Notes under the pieces: generated by a model
Told to the model about the DNA's origin: nothing
What the model saw: the letters and a program-made list of their open reading frames with translations, nothing else
The model's database searches: none
Source: Mustelus asterias
Lineage: Eukaryota
Assembly: GCF_964213995.1 (NCBI RefSeq)
Contig: NW_027590141.1
Coordinates: 682,001-746,000 of the forward strand
Reading direction: 5' to 3'
DNA length: 64,000 nucleotides
Shown here: piece after piece, positions 48,160-59,918 of the stretch
How positions within the stretch are numbered: position 1 is the first letter of the stretch
Layout of the letters: every line of letters starts with the position of its first letter
Position numbers and translations under genes: made by a program

Positions 48160-48432
48160 AGGAATCCGGGTTCAATTCCAGCCTCGGGTCACTGTGTGGA
48201 GATTGCATGTTCTCCCCGTGTCTGTGTGGGTTTCCTCCGGGTGCTCCGGTTTCCTCCCACCTTCTAAAGATGTGCGGGTTAGGTTGATTGGCCATGCTAA
48301 ATTGCCCCTTAGTGTCAGGGGGATTAGCAGGGTAAATGTGTAGGTTTACTGGAGTGGGGCCTGGTTGGGATTGTGGTCGGTGCAGACTCAATGGGCCGAG
48401 TGACCTCCTTCTGCACTGTAGGAATTCTGTGA
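48160..48432 (+). mobile_element. 5'-truncated HE1-type SINE
   Basis: B-box, V-domain and tail. Confidence 0.85.
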
Positions 48433-48657
48433 TTAAAAAGAAAAGGTCTCTAATCGGTGTGAACTTGTTGGTGTGTCAGCAAGTTGGATGACTGATGACG
48501 TTCCCTAAACTCAGAGCAGGGGAATGGCCTCTCCTCAATGTGGACTTGCTGGTGTCTCAGCAGGTTGGATGAATCAGTGAATCTCTTCTCATACACAAAA
48601 CACATCAAAGGTCTTTCCCCAGTGCGACCACATTGGTGTTTTAGCAGACTGGATGAC

Positions 48658-49287
48658 TCAATGAATCCTTCTCTTGGAGCAGGTGAATGGGTTCTTCCTG
48701 CTGTGAACTCGCTGGTGTGTCAGCAGGTTGGATGACTGAGTGAATCCCTTCCCACATACGGAGCAAGTGAATGGCCTCTCCCCAGTGTGAACTCGCTGGT
48801 GTGTCAGCAGATGAGGTGACCGTGTGAATCCCTTCCCACACTCAGCGCAGGTGAACAGCCTCTTCCTGGTGTGGCTGCGTTGATGTGTCAGCAGACAGGA
48901 TGACTCAGTGAATGCTTTCCCACACTGAGAGCAGATGAATGGTCTCTCTCCAGTGTGGATTCGCTGGTGTGTCAGCAAGTTGGATAACTGAGTGAATCCT
49001 TTCCCACACTCAGCACAGGTGAACGGTCTCTCCCTGGTGTGAACTCGCTGATGTGTCCGCAGGGTAGATGAATCCTTGAATCCCTTCCCACACTCAGTGC
49101 AGGTGAGTGGTCTCTCCACACTATGAACTCGCTTGTGTGTCTGCAGGTGTGATGACTGAGTGAATCTCTTCCCACACTCAAAGCAGGTAAAAGGTCTTTT
49201 CCCAGTGTGGGTGTGTCGGTGAATTTCCAGTTGAGATGGGGCTTTGAATCCCTTCCCACAATCTCCACATTTCCACGGTTTCTCCAT
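48658..49287 (-). CDS. C2H2 zinc-finger protein, 7 fingers, followed by decayed fingers (about 48455-48680)
   Basis: GCCATGG start [10 protein letters not shown]...; 209-aa ORF. Confidence 0.8.
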   Translation of the reverse strand: MEKPWKCGDCGKGFKAPSQLEIHRHTHTGKRPFTCFECGKRFTQSSHLQTHKRVHSVERPLTCTECGKGFKDSSTLRTHQRVHTRERPFTCAECGKGFTQLSNLLTHQRIHTGERPFICSQCGKAFTESSCLLTHQRSHTRKRLFTCAECGKGFTRSPHLLTHQRVHTGERPFTCSVCGKGFTQSSNLLTHQRVHSRKNPFTCSKRRIH

Positions 49288-50325
49288 GGCGCGGGTGTCC
49301 TTGTGTCTCTCCAGGTTTGATGATCAATTGAAGCCTTGTCCACACACACAAAGCAAGTACGGTTTCTCCTCCCTGTGAATGGTGTGATATTTATTTCAGG
49401 GTGTGTAATTGGTTAATGGTCTTTCCACAGTCAGTTCGCTGGTACACTCTCACTCAGATCTGTGTCTCTCGATGCTTTTCCAGTCACATATTTAAACCTT
49501 TTGACGCAGACAGAACACCATTTCTTTATACACGCTTTTTTCATACACACTCATATAATGATCCAATCAACGCCCTCCATCTGTACATACTTCAACTCAA
49601 TTCGAAACTGAAAGAGCGATGATATTCAGGTCCTTTTGAATCGAGTGAATGTGTCAGGTCTCGGTGTGACGTTTGGTTTCAGATTTCTATCGCAAATCTT
49701 CTCCTTCTCAAAACCTGTAAAAGGAATTTAGAAAAGTCAGCACTGTCAGTACAGCAGAGAAATTCAGAACACACGATTCTAGTTTCAGTTGAACATTCAT
49801 TCCTATTTTGTTCACCAAAAGTTGTAAACCTCAATCTCACATATTCCCTCTGCTCTCACTCGGCTGTATCTAATATACACCCTCACAATTCTCCTGAAGG
49901 TGCTGATTGATGCTGAGTGGCAGACCCCTACTCACTGCTTCCTGACCTGGAGACCTGAAAACCTTGATGCAGACTGCCAGACTCAATACAAACACAACCC
50001 ATAGGTACAGATTCTGGAGGAAAACATGTGTTGAATAAACACTGCTGTATTACTTGCTCAGAGCTTCATGACCATGTCAGTGAGAACTTCATTAAGGTAC
50101 TGAGTGTTCACAAACACAAACTCGCTGCTTATGAGAATGCTGGAATTAGAGATGATCCAAGATTTCAAACTCAACTGGATGGACAACTGAAGGAAATAAT
50201 CTTGCAGAGATACAAGGGTACAGCGGGAGAATGAGACTGGCTGGATTGCTCTACAAAGAGTCAGCACGGAGTCAAATGAACATCTTCTGTGCTGTAGTTA
50301 ATCAATGTCTGCAAAGGTATGTCAC

Positions 50326-50435
50326 AGTAAGAAGTTTAACAACACCAGGTTAAAGGCCATTAAAACAGCAACCAAGCCTCCCCCGGTACCACAGTAGAAA
50401 ACAGTACCACTGCAGGGAAGTCCATTACAGCAACC
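50326..50435. mobile_element. Penelope family A stub plus about 80 nt unrelated sequence inside one TSD
   Basis: TSD aaggtatgtcac at 50314-50325 and 50436-50447. Confidence 0.6.
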
Positions 50436-50949
50436 AAGGTATGTCACCACAGTGCTATATTACAAACTTGAAATAACAATAAATGAAATTTATCACAGAA
50501 CCATAAATAACATATCTAATATGTACCTAACAACAAAACTAGACATAACACTGACCTATATAAAATTACTGTCCCACAAAGAATCATAAATTTACATCAG
50601 ATTACACCAAACATGCCAAACCTTACTATATTCCTCTTAAATGTCAACTATCTCCTGAAGAAACCAGCCCTTTAATTGTGAACATTAGGAACGAGACCAT
50701 CCTTTTAGCCAGACAAATAAATGTGTCAAGTTGAGGGAGCAAAAGGATGTCAATGTCTTTCAGAGAGAGAGAGACCTGGGCCAACCTTTCCAGAGTCTGC
50801 AGCCTCCCTGGATTCACTTCGTTTCCCTTCAGTTGCTGCAAGTCCTCAATTTCCCCCAGAGTGAGAAAAGAAATGGAAAAGGGAGAAAGGAAAGTGTTTT
50901 ACTCACAGATGTTGCCTCTTTGGAGGAAGTTTGAGTCCGTCTGAAGCTC

Positions 50950-51170
50950 AACCTGCATTGTCACAAAGACCGCGCTCTGATTGGCTGGAGGACCAAAGTC
51001 CTTCCGGTCTTCCAAGAATTTCCATTGGTCAACACCTCAGCAGGGTTCAGAAACATTTCCGCACATGCGCAGATCCCCCTTTTCCTTGGACCTGCGCAGA
51101 TTCGAGCTTGGGCTATTGAGCGATTTCCCCAACGCGAGGCATTGTGGGGGATGCGGCCGCCATTACTCCT
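50950..51170 (-). promoter_or_regulatory. Promoter of ZNF 49287(-)
   Basis: Two ATTGG boxes, palindrome 50986-51014, GCACATGCGCA, GCCGCCAT; donor ACTCAC 50901-50906. Confidence 0.6.
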
Positions 51171-51316
51171 CCAGAGCCCTGTCTTCAAACTCTTGGGACT
51201 GGGATGAAAGGTAGAGGTGGGAGTGACTGCACCCAGAAACAAAGCACATGTGGGTAGTCACTAGATTATATATTGATGCCCCATTAGCAAAACAGTTCGC
51301 CTTCAGGCATTAAGAT

Positions 51317-51406
51317 TGAAATTTTGGGGTGAGACACTAGGGAGGGCAAGAGGTAGTCTGAAATTGGGGTGAGATACTAAGGAGGGCAAGAGGTAGTCTG
51401 AAATTG
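51317..51406. repeat. 40-bp tandem duplication
   Basis: ttggggtgaga(c/t)acta(g/a)ggagggcaagaggtagtctgaaa twice. Confidence 0.9.
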
Positions 51407-51439
51407 AAACCGAGAGTTAGCACATAAAGTGGAGAAGTA

Positions 51440-51650
51440 TTGATTTGATTTATTATTGTCACATGTATTGGGATACAATGAAAAGTATTGCTTCTTGCAC
51501 ATTATAAAGACAAAACATATCATTCATAGAGTACATGGGGAGAAGGAAAGGAGAAGGTGCAGAATGTAGTGCTACAGTCATAGCTAGGGTGTTGAGAAAG
51601 ATTAATTTAATATTTGTTAGGTCCATTCAAAAGTCTAATTGCAGCAGGGA
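51440..51650 (-). mobile_element. LINE 3' end with (atcaa)n tail (Rex/L2-like, tentative)
   Basis: ttgatttgatttattattgtcacatg terminus. Confidence 0.45.
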
Positions 51651-51879
51651 ATTGAAAAAGAAAGCAGGAGGAGAAAAGGATGAATTAGTGGAACAATTAA
51701 TGGGCAGGAAGGTGGGTGTGAGAGGACAGAGATTTATAGTTTGAATGGGACAACATGCCTAATGATAACCAGAATTTTCAGTTCTGATTTTGTATCCTGT
51801 ACTTGATAACTTCAATCCTGCCATATCCATTCATAATCTCTATCAGGTCAGCACTCAGCCTTGGCTTTTCCAGAGAATA

Positions 51880-52209
51880 GGGTGGCATGGTGGGACAGTG
51901 GCTAGCATTGCTGCCTCACAGCACCAGGAACCCCAGGCCTTGGGTGACTGTGGGATATGCACGTTTGCCCCTTCTCTGTGTGGGTTTCCTCTAGGTCTCT
52001 AATTTCCTCCCACAGTCCAAAGATGTGTAGGTTAGTTGAATTGACCATGGGTGAATTGCCCCTTAGTGTCCAAAAATGTGTAGATTAGGGGGATTAGCAG
52101 GGTGAATACATGAAGCTATGGGGATAGGGCATGAGGTAGATGCATTGTCAGAGAGTCGGCGCAGACTCAATGGGCCTCCTTCTGCACTGTAGGGATTCTA
52201 TGATTCTAC
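51880..52209 (+). mobile_element. Diverged HE1-type SINE
   Basis: Head, V-domain and ttctatgattcta tail. Confidence 0.8.
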
Positions 52210-52859
52210 GAAAACATTCCCAACCTGTTTCGTCTCTCCATTAACTTAAAAGCACTCTCAGTTCTGGTATCATTCTTGTGAATCTTTCTTGCATCATTTC
52301 GAGATTCTCTGTCAAGTTTAAAAGGCAGACAATTAAAATGTAGATTCAGTTTAACTTGGTTGCATGAGCCTAATTACTCAGTTCCAGACTGACTCTAAAA
52401 CACTTCAGTTCAAAAGAGAGTTTACCATCAGGCAAGACAGGACCCTGAAATGGCAAATAATAACAATGTTTATTTAAAAGAAAAAGATTTACCTGTGAAA
52501 TACATGAGGAAGTTTCACCACCTCAATTGGGGGATCACCCCAGGTAAAAGTGTGAATGTTCCTGAGGTGCCTGAACTAACAGTAACTTCCCAAAATCCTG
52601 CCCCAGGGGCACTCAGTATCTCCACGAATAGAGCTCAACTTGTAAACACAAGATGGTTCTTGAAACAGATCTTTAACTCTTTAAGCAGCATTACCTCATC
52701 TCCAATACATACATAGAATCATAGAGTGCAGAAGAGGCCCTTCGGCCCATCGAGTCTGCACCAATACACGAGAAACACCTGAACACCCATCTAATCACAT
52801 CTACCAGCACTTGGCCCATAGCCAGCAATGTATATTAAGATCGCTGATACTTAGAGATG

Positions 52860-53290
52860 CTTTCACTGTGAAGTCATCAATTAATCCTGTCTTGTTGTAT
52901 AATACCAGTGCGAGTGAAGCCTGCTTTCAAACGTACTCTTCCCAGAAACTATCCCCAAAACATTCTATGAACTCCTCATCTACATGACCTTTTTTCATCT
53001 GCCTTTCCCAGTTTATCAGTAGATTAAAATCCCTCTTGATTATTGCTGTATCTTTACCACAAGCTCCCATTACCTTTTCCTTTGTACTCTGTCCTACCGT
53101 GTCGTTACAATTAGAAAGCCTGTGCATCACTCCCACAAGTGAATTTTGCCTTTACCATTTCCCCATCAAACCAAACCACTCCATCATTCTGGTTCCTGAC
53201 CTTAGGTATCCCTCTCTAATGTGCTAATACTGCCAATAATCAACAGAGACACCCTTCCACCGTTTCCCAGACTCCTGTCCCTCCTAAATG
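52860..53290 (-). mobile_element. CR1 ORF2 AP-endonuclease fragment
   Basis: GVMHRLSN...IIKRDFNLLINW...EEFIECFGDSF resembles GVxYRPP / GDFNxxxW. Confidence 0.65.
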
Positions 53291-53930
53291 TCAAAGACAC
53301 ATATTTAGCTCACCACTGACTTCTCAGGGGCAATTAGTGGTGGTCAATAAATGCTGGGTGAGCCAATGACACCTACATCCCATGAATGAATAGGAACAAA
53401 TTCAGGCCCCACTCTATGTCTCTCTAATGGCTATCAACTCATAATTCTTTTCTTATATTTGTGCTGCTGTCAGTTCATCAGTTGTGTTTCAAAAGCTACG
53501 TGTGTTTAGATGCAGAGCCTTTAGTTTTGTCCCTTTAATATTTTTGTAGCGTCTAACCACATCTACTGATGTAATCTATAATTTGCTCTTTCATTATCTT
53601 CCTGTCACAGTCTGTTTATCATTTCCCAAATTCTTACCTTTCTCTCATTCCTTACTCTTTTGTTTGCCACATCTTCCAAAACATCAGAAAAGACCCAACA
53701 ATGGAACAGTCGGTAACAGGACATCAATCAGTCTCCTCTTACCTTAGAGAAATCAAGGACGCAAACGTGTGATTGACACAAAGTTGATATAATCTATATC
53801 CAGAATCTTAAACTCCAGTGCAGTTACAAGGATTATTAACTTCAACCGAAACAACCTCTAACTGTCAGAATGAGCATGGTTCAGTCTTGTGATTAACAGC
53901 AGCAATAACAGCAGAAACCAACTCCTGTAA

Positions 53931-54939
53931 TCATTTGTGAACTCGCTGGTGTTTCTGCAGGGTGTTCGCACAGGTGAATCCTTTCCCACACACTGAGCAG
54001 ATGAATAACGTCTCCCTGGTGTGACTGTGCTGGTGTTTCAGCCGGAGGGAATGCTGAGTGAATCGCTTCCCACACACAGAGCAGGTAAACGGTCTCTCTC
54101 CAGTGTGAACTCGCTGGTGAATCAGCAGATCCATTTTGCCTTTGAAGCTCTTCTCACAGTCTGAACATTTAAAAGGTCTCGTGTCAGAGTGAACACGTTG
54201 GTGTGAAGTGAGTTGGGCAGACTGGGTGAATCCCTTCCCACACTCGGAGCAGGTGAATGGTCTCACACCAGTGTGAATGCGCTTGTGCCTCAGCAAGGTG
54301 GATGACTGAGTGAATCCCTTCCCACACACAGCAGGTGAATGGCCGCTCCCCAGTGTGAACTCGCTGGTGATCCAACATTTTGCATAACTGAGCGAATGCC
54401 GTCCCGCACCCAGGGCAGGTGAATGGTTTCTCTCCAGTGTGAACTCGCCGGTGTGTCAGAAGGTGGGATAACTGAGTGAATCTCTTCCCACACTCAGTGC
54501 ACATGAATGGTTTCTCTCCAGTGTGAACTCGCCGGTGTGTCAGAAGGTGGGATAACTGAGTGAATCTCTTCCCACACTCAGTGCACATGAATGGTTTCTC
54601 TCCAGTGTGAATTCGCCGGTGTGCCTGCAGGCTGGATAACTGAGTGAATCCCTTCCCGCACTCAGCACAGGCGAACCATCTCTCCCCAGTGTGAAGTCGA
54701 TGGTGTGTCAAAAGATTGTATTTGGTTTTAAAACTCTTCTCACAGTCAGAACATTTAAAAAGTCTCATGTTAGTGTGAACAAGTTGGTGTGCAGTGAGGT
54801 GGGTTAGTCGAGTGAATCCTTTCCCACATTCAGAACAAGTGAACGGCCTCTCCCCAGTGTGACTGCGTTGATGAGTTTCCAGTTCAGAAGGGTAACTGAA
54901 TCCCTTTCCACAGTCCCCACATTTCAACTGTTTCTCCAT
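53931..54939 (-). CDS. C2H2 zinc-finger gene, 12 fingers split by one frameshift near 54330 (7+5)
   Basis: ORFs 54184-54939 ([10 protein letters not shown]) and 53931-54329; 2 nt missing in tgc(tc)tgtgtgt. Confidence 0.75.
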
Positions 54940-55399
54940 GGTGCAGGTGTCCTTGTGTCTCTCCAGGTTGGATAATCAGTTGAAGCCTCATCCACACACA
55001 GAACACGTGTATGGTTTCTCCTCGCTGCGAATGATGTGATGTTTTTTCAGGCTGTGTAAGTGGTTAAAACTCTTTCCACAGTCAGTTCACTGGAACACTC
55101 TCACTCGGGTGTGTGTGTGTCTCGGTACTTTTCCAGTCACACTGATGTTTGAAATCTTTTCCAACAGACAGAACAAACATCTCTCCTTCCACATTCAAAT
55201 TCAAGTCCTGATGAATTAAGTGACTGTAAAATCAGCAGATAATTTCCTGTCTGCAAATCCTTTCCTTCTAATCCCCAGTAAAATATCTACAGTCACCCGT
55301 GATCTAACTGGTGTCTCAGATTTCACAGTAACTCCATTGCAATGTTAATGTAAGCCTTACTTGTGACTAATAGATAAACTTTAAACTTTAAACATGAGA

Positions 55400-55916
55400 T
55401 GAGTGAGTACACCCTTTCCCATGTACAGGGCACGTGAATGGTCTCTCACCATTAAGAACTCACTGGTTAATGAATGAATCTCTTCCCACACATAGGGCAC
55501 GTGAATGGCTTCACTCCAGCATGAGTGCGCTGGTGTTCCTGCAGAATATTGTTGCTTTCAAAGCTATTCTCAGAGTTATAAAATTTAAAGATCTCACATC
55601 AGTGTGATGACGCTGGTGTCTACAGATTGGATAAATGAGAAAATCCCATCCCACACATGGTGCAGGTGAACAGTCTTTCCCCAGTGTGAATGCGTCGATG
55701 AATTTCCACACAATGGGTAATTGAATTCTTTCCCACAGTCCCTGCACTGGAACACTCTGTGTGTGTGAGTGTGTGTGTGTGTGTGGTGGTGGTGGTGGGG
55801 GGGAGGGGGGGGGAGGGGGGGGAGGGGGGGGGAGGAGAGCTTGGTGCTTTTCCAGTTACGCTGATGTTTGATTTTTTCCCCACAGACAGAACACATAAAC
55901 ATTTCTCCTTCCACAT
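55400..55916 (-). pseudogene. Decayed C2H2 ZNF pseudogene
   Basis: [33 protein letters not shown] in shifting frames. Confidence 0.75.
55757..55838. repeat. (GT)n-(GGT)n-poly-G low-complexity tract
   Basis: Directly visible; at least four long G runs. Confidence 0.9.
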
Positions 55917-56799
55917 TCAGAAGCCGATGGTATTCAGATCCTGATGAATTGAGTCATTGTCAGATCTTGAAGTGAAGCTTGATTTGAGTTTCCTGTCTGT
56001 TAGTCCTCTACTTGTAACTCTGTAAATCCAGTTCATACAGGTCAGTCCAGGACACAAATTCAGAACAGATAATTCTAGTTCATGGGGAATATTTATTTCT
56101 CTCTTGTTTCCCAAAGCTGCAAATTCCAATTCCACGCACTTTCCCTCAACTCATCACAATGGCTTCACAGTAACCAATACTGAGACTCGCATTGAATTCT
56201 AGATTATTAACTGAATTTAAATTCCACCAGCTATCCTGGTATGTTTTTAACCATTATCCCCAGAACATTATTCTTGTCCTCTGGATTACTGGTGTAGTGC
56301 ACCCCAATGGAGAAGAGGAATGACCCAGAGCTGAATGGTTCCACTCAAGGGTCCGTAATATCCAGGTTCTGATTGATCAAGTGACTCTCTCAGATCTTGA
56401 TGTCTTGTTAGATTTCAGTTTTCTGTGTGTAAATCCTCCCCTTTGAACTCTCTGTAAAAGGAGGTTCCAAAATCCATCAGTGTGAGTGCAGGATAGAAAT
56501 TCCCCCCATTCTCTCCTCCTGCTCCAGGGTCAGTAAAGTGAGTTAAAGATGATTCTCATTCACAAACCCATTGCTGCATTTCCTTCCTGAAGCCACATTT
56601 GTCCACTGGGTCCTGGCCCCGGGAGAAAGCGCTGCAGCTGCCGTTGTGTTGGGTGTTGAGGCGGTGCCGCTAGTTCCTTATTGGGGGTGTTGAAGCCTCC
56701 ACTGGGTGTGTGGAGCCTCCCCTCCCACCCACTGCCCCTAACGCTGCCTCCGCTTATCCGCCTCCTTCCCGCCTGAAGATCAGACAAACAAGCGCCTGT

Positions 56800-57240
56800 C
56801 TTTGGGACATGAACCGCACTGCGCATGCTCAGCGTCACAATGCCCGGGGACTGATTGACGGCAGCTCTGGACCAATAGGAAAAGGGGGCGGGGCTGGAGG
56901 ACCGAGCGGAGCGGCTGGTCCTCCAACCAATCGGAGTGAATGAGGGGCGGGATCTTAAGCATGCGCAGTAGCGCAGTAATGGCGACGGACGGACGGTTTT
57001 TCATCGAATCCACAAACGGTAAAAGGAAAATTGCGGAACGTGGGAACAGTGGATCTGGCGGGTGGGTGAAGAGTTTTTGTAAACATGTTGTTCAGGCCCA
57101 ACCCCAAAAAAGGATTTTATGTTTCGCGCCGAGAGGGGCTGCAAAGTCCAGTATTCGGCTCGGGTTAACGACCGCCATCTTTATTGGGGGCAATGAGCAG
57201 CAGGGCTCATGCCTTCCGCCATCTTTGTAAGGGGCAAAGG
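56800..57240. promoter_or_regulatory. CpG-rich promoter paralogous to 5640-6140
   Basis: TGCGCATG, two CCAAT, GGGGCGGG twice, palindrome 56895-56925, CGCCATCTT twice. Confidence 0.7.
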
Positions 57241-57433
57241 TGTCAATGAGTGGGAGGAGCTTGTTCCCCATTGTTCAGAATGGAGCCAACTTGTCCATCA
57301 AACTGCATCAACCCTCTGCCCCGGGTAATCTGACCCTGGTTTACACAGAGCCAGATGTTTAATTGATCAGGCAAAGTGGCAGCATAACAAGGAAAGGATG
57401 CAAATTCTGCTCTCCGGATCCCATAACCTATAA

Positions 57434-57638
57434 CACCCTGACACTGAAGGGCAATTTATCACGGCCAATCAACCTAACCCGCATCTTTGGAGTGTGGAAG
57501 GAAACCGGAGCACTTGGACGAAACCCACGCAGGCACGGGGAGAATGTGCAAACTCCACACAAACAGTGACACAAGCCAGGAGTCAAATCCAGGTCCCTGG
57601 TGCTGTGAGGCAGCAGTGCTAACCACTGTGTCACGGTG
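57434..57638 (-). mobile_element. HE1-type SINE, 5' half
   Basis: Reverse complement of head and V-domain. Confidence 0.82.
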
Positions 57639-57649
57639 ATACCCCTCCT

Positions 57650-57840
57650 TTTTGTGGCTATGATTCAAATTATGTAAGGCCTGTGCCACTCTTTGAGTGT
57701 GTGGTCACTGGTCAGAAGCTTGATTTGTTGTTTCAATAGCCCATTCATGTGTTCAATCAGGCCAGGCTAGGGGATATGCAATACCCAATGTATTCCATTC
57801 ATTGACTCCTATGTGATACAAATGTCATCCCAAATTGATT
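57650..57840 (-). mobile_element. Retroviral-type integrase fragment (ERV-like)
   Basis: NGIHWVLHIP*PGLIEHMNGLLKQQIK resembles GIxWxxHxPYxPQxxGxIERxNGLLK. Confidence 0.45.
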
Positions 57841-59243
57841 TTTACACGGGGAGATCTTATTCCTTCGCACCTTATCACATTATTATTCTTGATCACTCGA
57901 GCTCTGATTTTTCACTGGCCATGCTTGGGTAGGATTATAACCATTCATTAAAATCTATTCTCAGAGGTCTGGTTTTCAGTCCAGTGCTATTTGGAGTATA
58001 CCGTCACTTCAGTGACTATCAGGTCACAAGTCCCTCACAGTTCTCATCACAAATTTGTGATAAAACAATTTAAACAATGCCTGAAAATGCTTCTTAACTT
58101 CTTAACCAACGACCTATCACTGTTTGTTGATTGGTCAGACCCCTCTTTGTGGATTCAGGTATCTCGGACACTGAACACCAGCCGGTCCTGGAATAAGTTT
58201 AATTCTCACTCATTCTGAGTAAATATTCTCCCCAGATCCTCTGTCAGGACCCTGCTAAGCAGCTTTAATGGTCCGTGATTGCAGAAACTGAGCAGTCACA
58301 GGAATGTGGTCAAGATAGTCCAGTCCCATAATGCCTCACATTCAATCTGCTGTCCTTCAATTATAACAGAATATGTGGCTGTATGTAGCTGCCTCGGCCG
58401 TGGTCAACCCCAACACTGCCTTCCTGAACTGCTACAATGCCTGAGATGTGAGTACACCCACAGTGCTGTTAGGGAGGGATTTCCAGCTACACATTCCACA
58501 CTTTCACTAGAATGTAAGTGGGTTCCCAGGTGATATATTTCATCAACTGCACCCAAGGTGAGTTATTCCAATTCCTTTATTGTCCAGGACAATATATTCA
58601 CAATATCTTTAAAACAGAAATTAAACATTCCCATTTGATTTCAGGTATTAACATATTCTGTTAGTTTGTTCTTTATTGTCGATGTCAGGCTGGGGTTGTT
58701 CCCCATGGAGGAAAGGAGGTTGAGGGGAGATTTGATAGAGGTGGACAAGATTCTGACAGGTTTAGATAAGGTGGACAAAGAAAAGCTGTTCCCATTAGCT
58801 GATGGGACAAGGACGAGGGGGACACAGATTTATGGTTTTGGGTCAGAGATGCGGGGGGGGGGGATGTGAGGAAGAATATTTTGATGCAGCGAATGGTAAT
58901 GACCTGGAACTCGCTGCCTACGAGGGTGGAGGAAATGGAGACAATAAACAATTACAAAGGAAATTGGATGGGCATTTGGGAGGTTTCAAACAGAAATGCT
59001 GACTAAATATCTCTGAACTTCCTAACACCCGGTCACTCTGTGATCCTTGTGAAATCTGAAACCAGGTATTCGCAACAAGGCTCAAAGAGCATCAGCCCAC
59101 TGGGGGCAAAGTCATGAGACCGGCCAGTCCAGCAGAAAGAAACCCTCCGACCCTCCCCATTGACCAACTGTGAGAATGAACAAAATACAGTCCTGGATGT
59201 AATTGAGAGCAGAAACAATAACAGCAGAATCCAACACCTGGAA

Positions 59244-59918
59244 TCACTCGTGAATTCGCTGGTGTCTCAACAGCTGGGATGAAAGACTGAATCTCTTCTC
59301 ACACACAGAGCAGCTGAACGGCCTCTCCCCAGTGTGAATTCCCTGATGTGTCTGCAGGCTGGATAACCGAGAGAATCCCTTTCCACACACAGAGCAAGTG
59401 AACGGTTTCTCCCCAGTGTGAACTCGTTGGTGTCTCTGCTGGCTGGATGAATCACTGAACCGCTTCCCACACTGAGAGCAGGTGAACGGCCTCTCCCCAG
59501 TGTGAACTCGCTGGTGTGTCTGCAGGTGGGATAATCGACTGAATCCCTTCCCACACTGAGAGCAAGTGAACGGCCTCTCCCCAGTGTGAACTCGCTGGTG
59601 TGTCCGCAGGCAGAATAACCGAGAGAATCCCTTCCCACACTGAGAGCAAGTGAACAGCCTCTCCCCAGTGTGAACCCGCTCGTGTGTCCGCAGGCTGGAT
59701 AGCTGAGTGAATCCCTCCCCACACTGAGAGCAGGTGAATGGCCTCTCTCCAGTGTGAACTCGCTGGTGTTTCTGCAGGATGGATAATAGAGTGAATCCCT
59801 TCCCACACTGAGAGCAGGTGAATGGCCTCTCCCCAGTGTGGCTGCGCCGATGAGCTTCCAGCAGAGATGGGACTTTGTATCTCTTCCCACAGTCCACACA
59901 TTTCCATGGTTTCTCCAT
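59244..59918 (-). CDS. C2H2 zinc-finger protein, 8 fingers, 224 aa
   Basis: ACCATGG at 59918, [10 protein letters not shown]...HQRIHE*. Confidence 0.88.
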   Translation of the reverse strand: MEKPWKCVDCGKRYKVPSLLEAHRRSHTGERPFTCSQCGKGFTLLSILQKHQRVHTGERPFTCSQCGEGFTQLSSLRTHERVHTGERLFTCSQCGKGFSRLFCLRTHQRVHTGERPFTCSQCGKGFSRLSHLQTHQRVHTGERPFTCSQCGKRFSDSSSQQRHQRVHTGEKPFTCSVCGKGFSRLSSLQTHQGIHTGERPFSCSVCEKRFSLSSQLLRHQRIHE

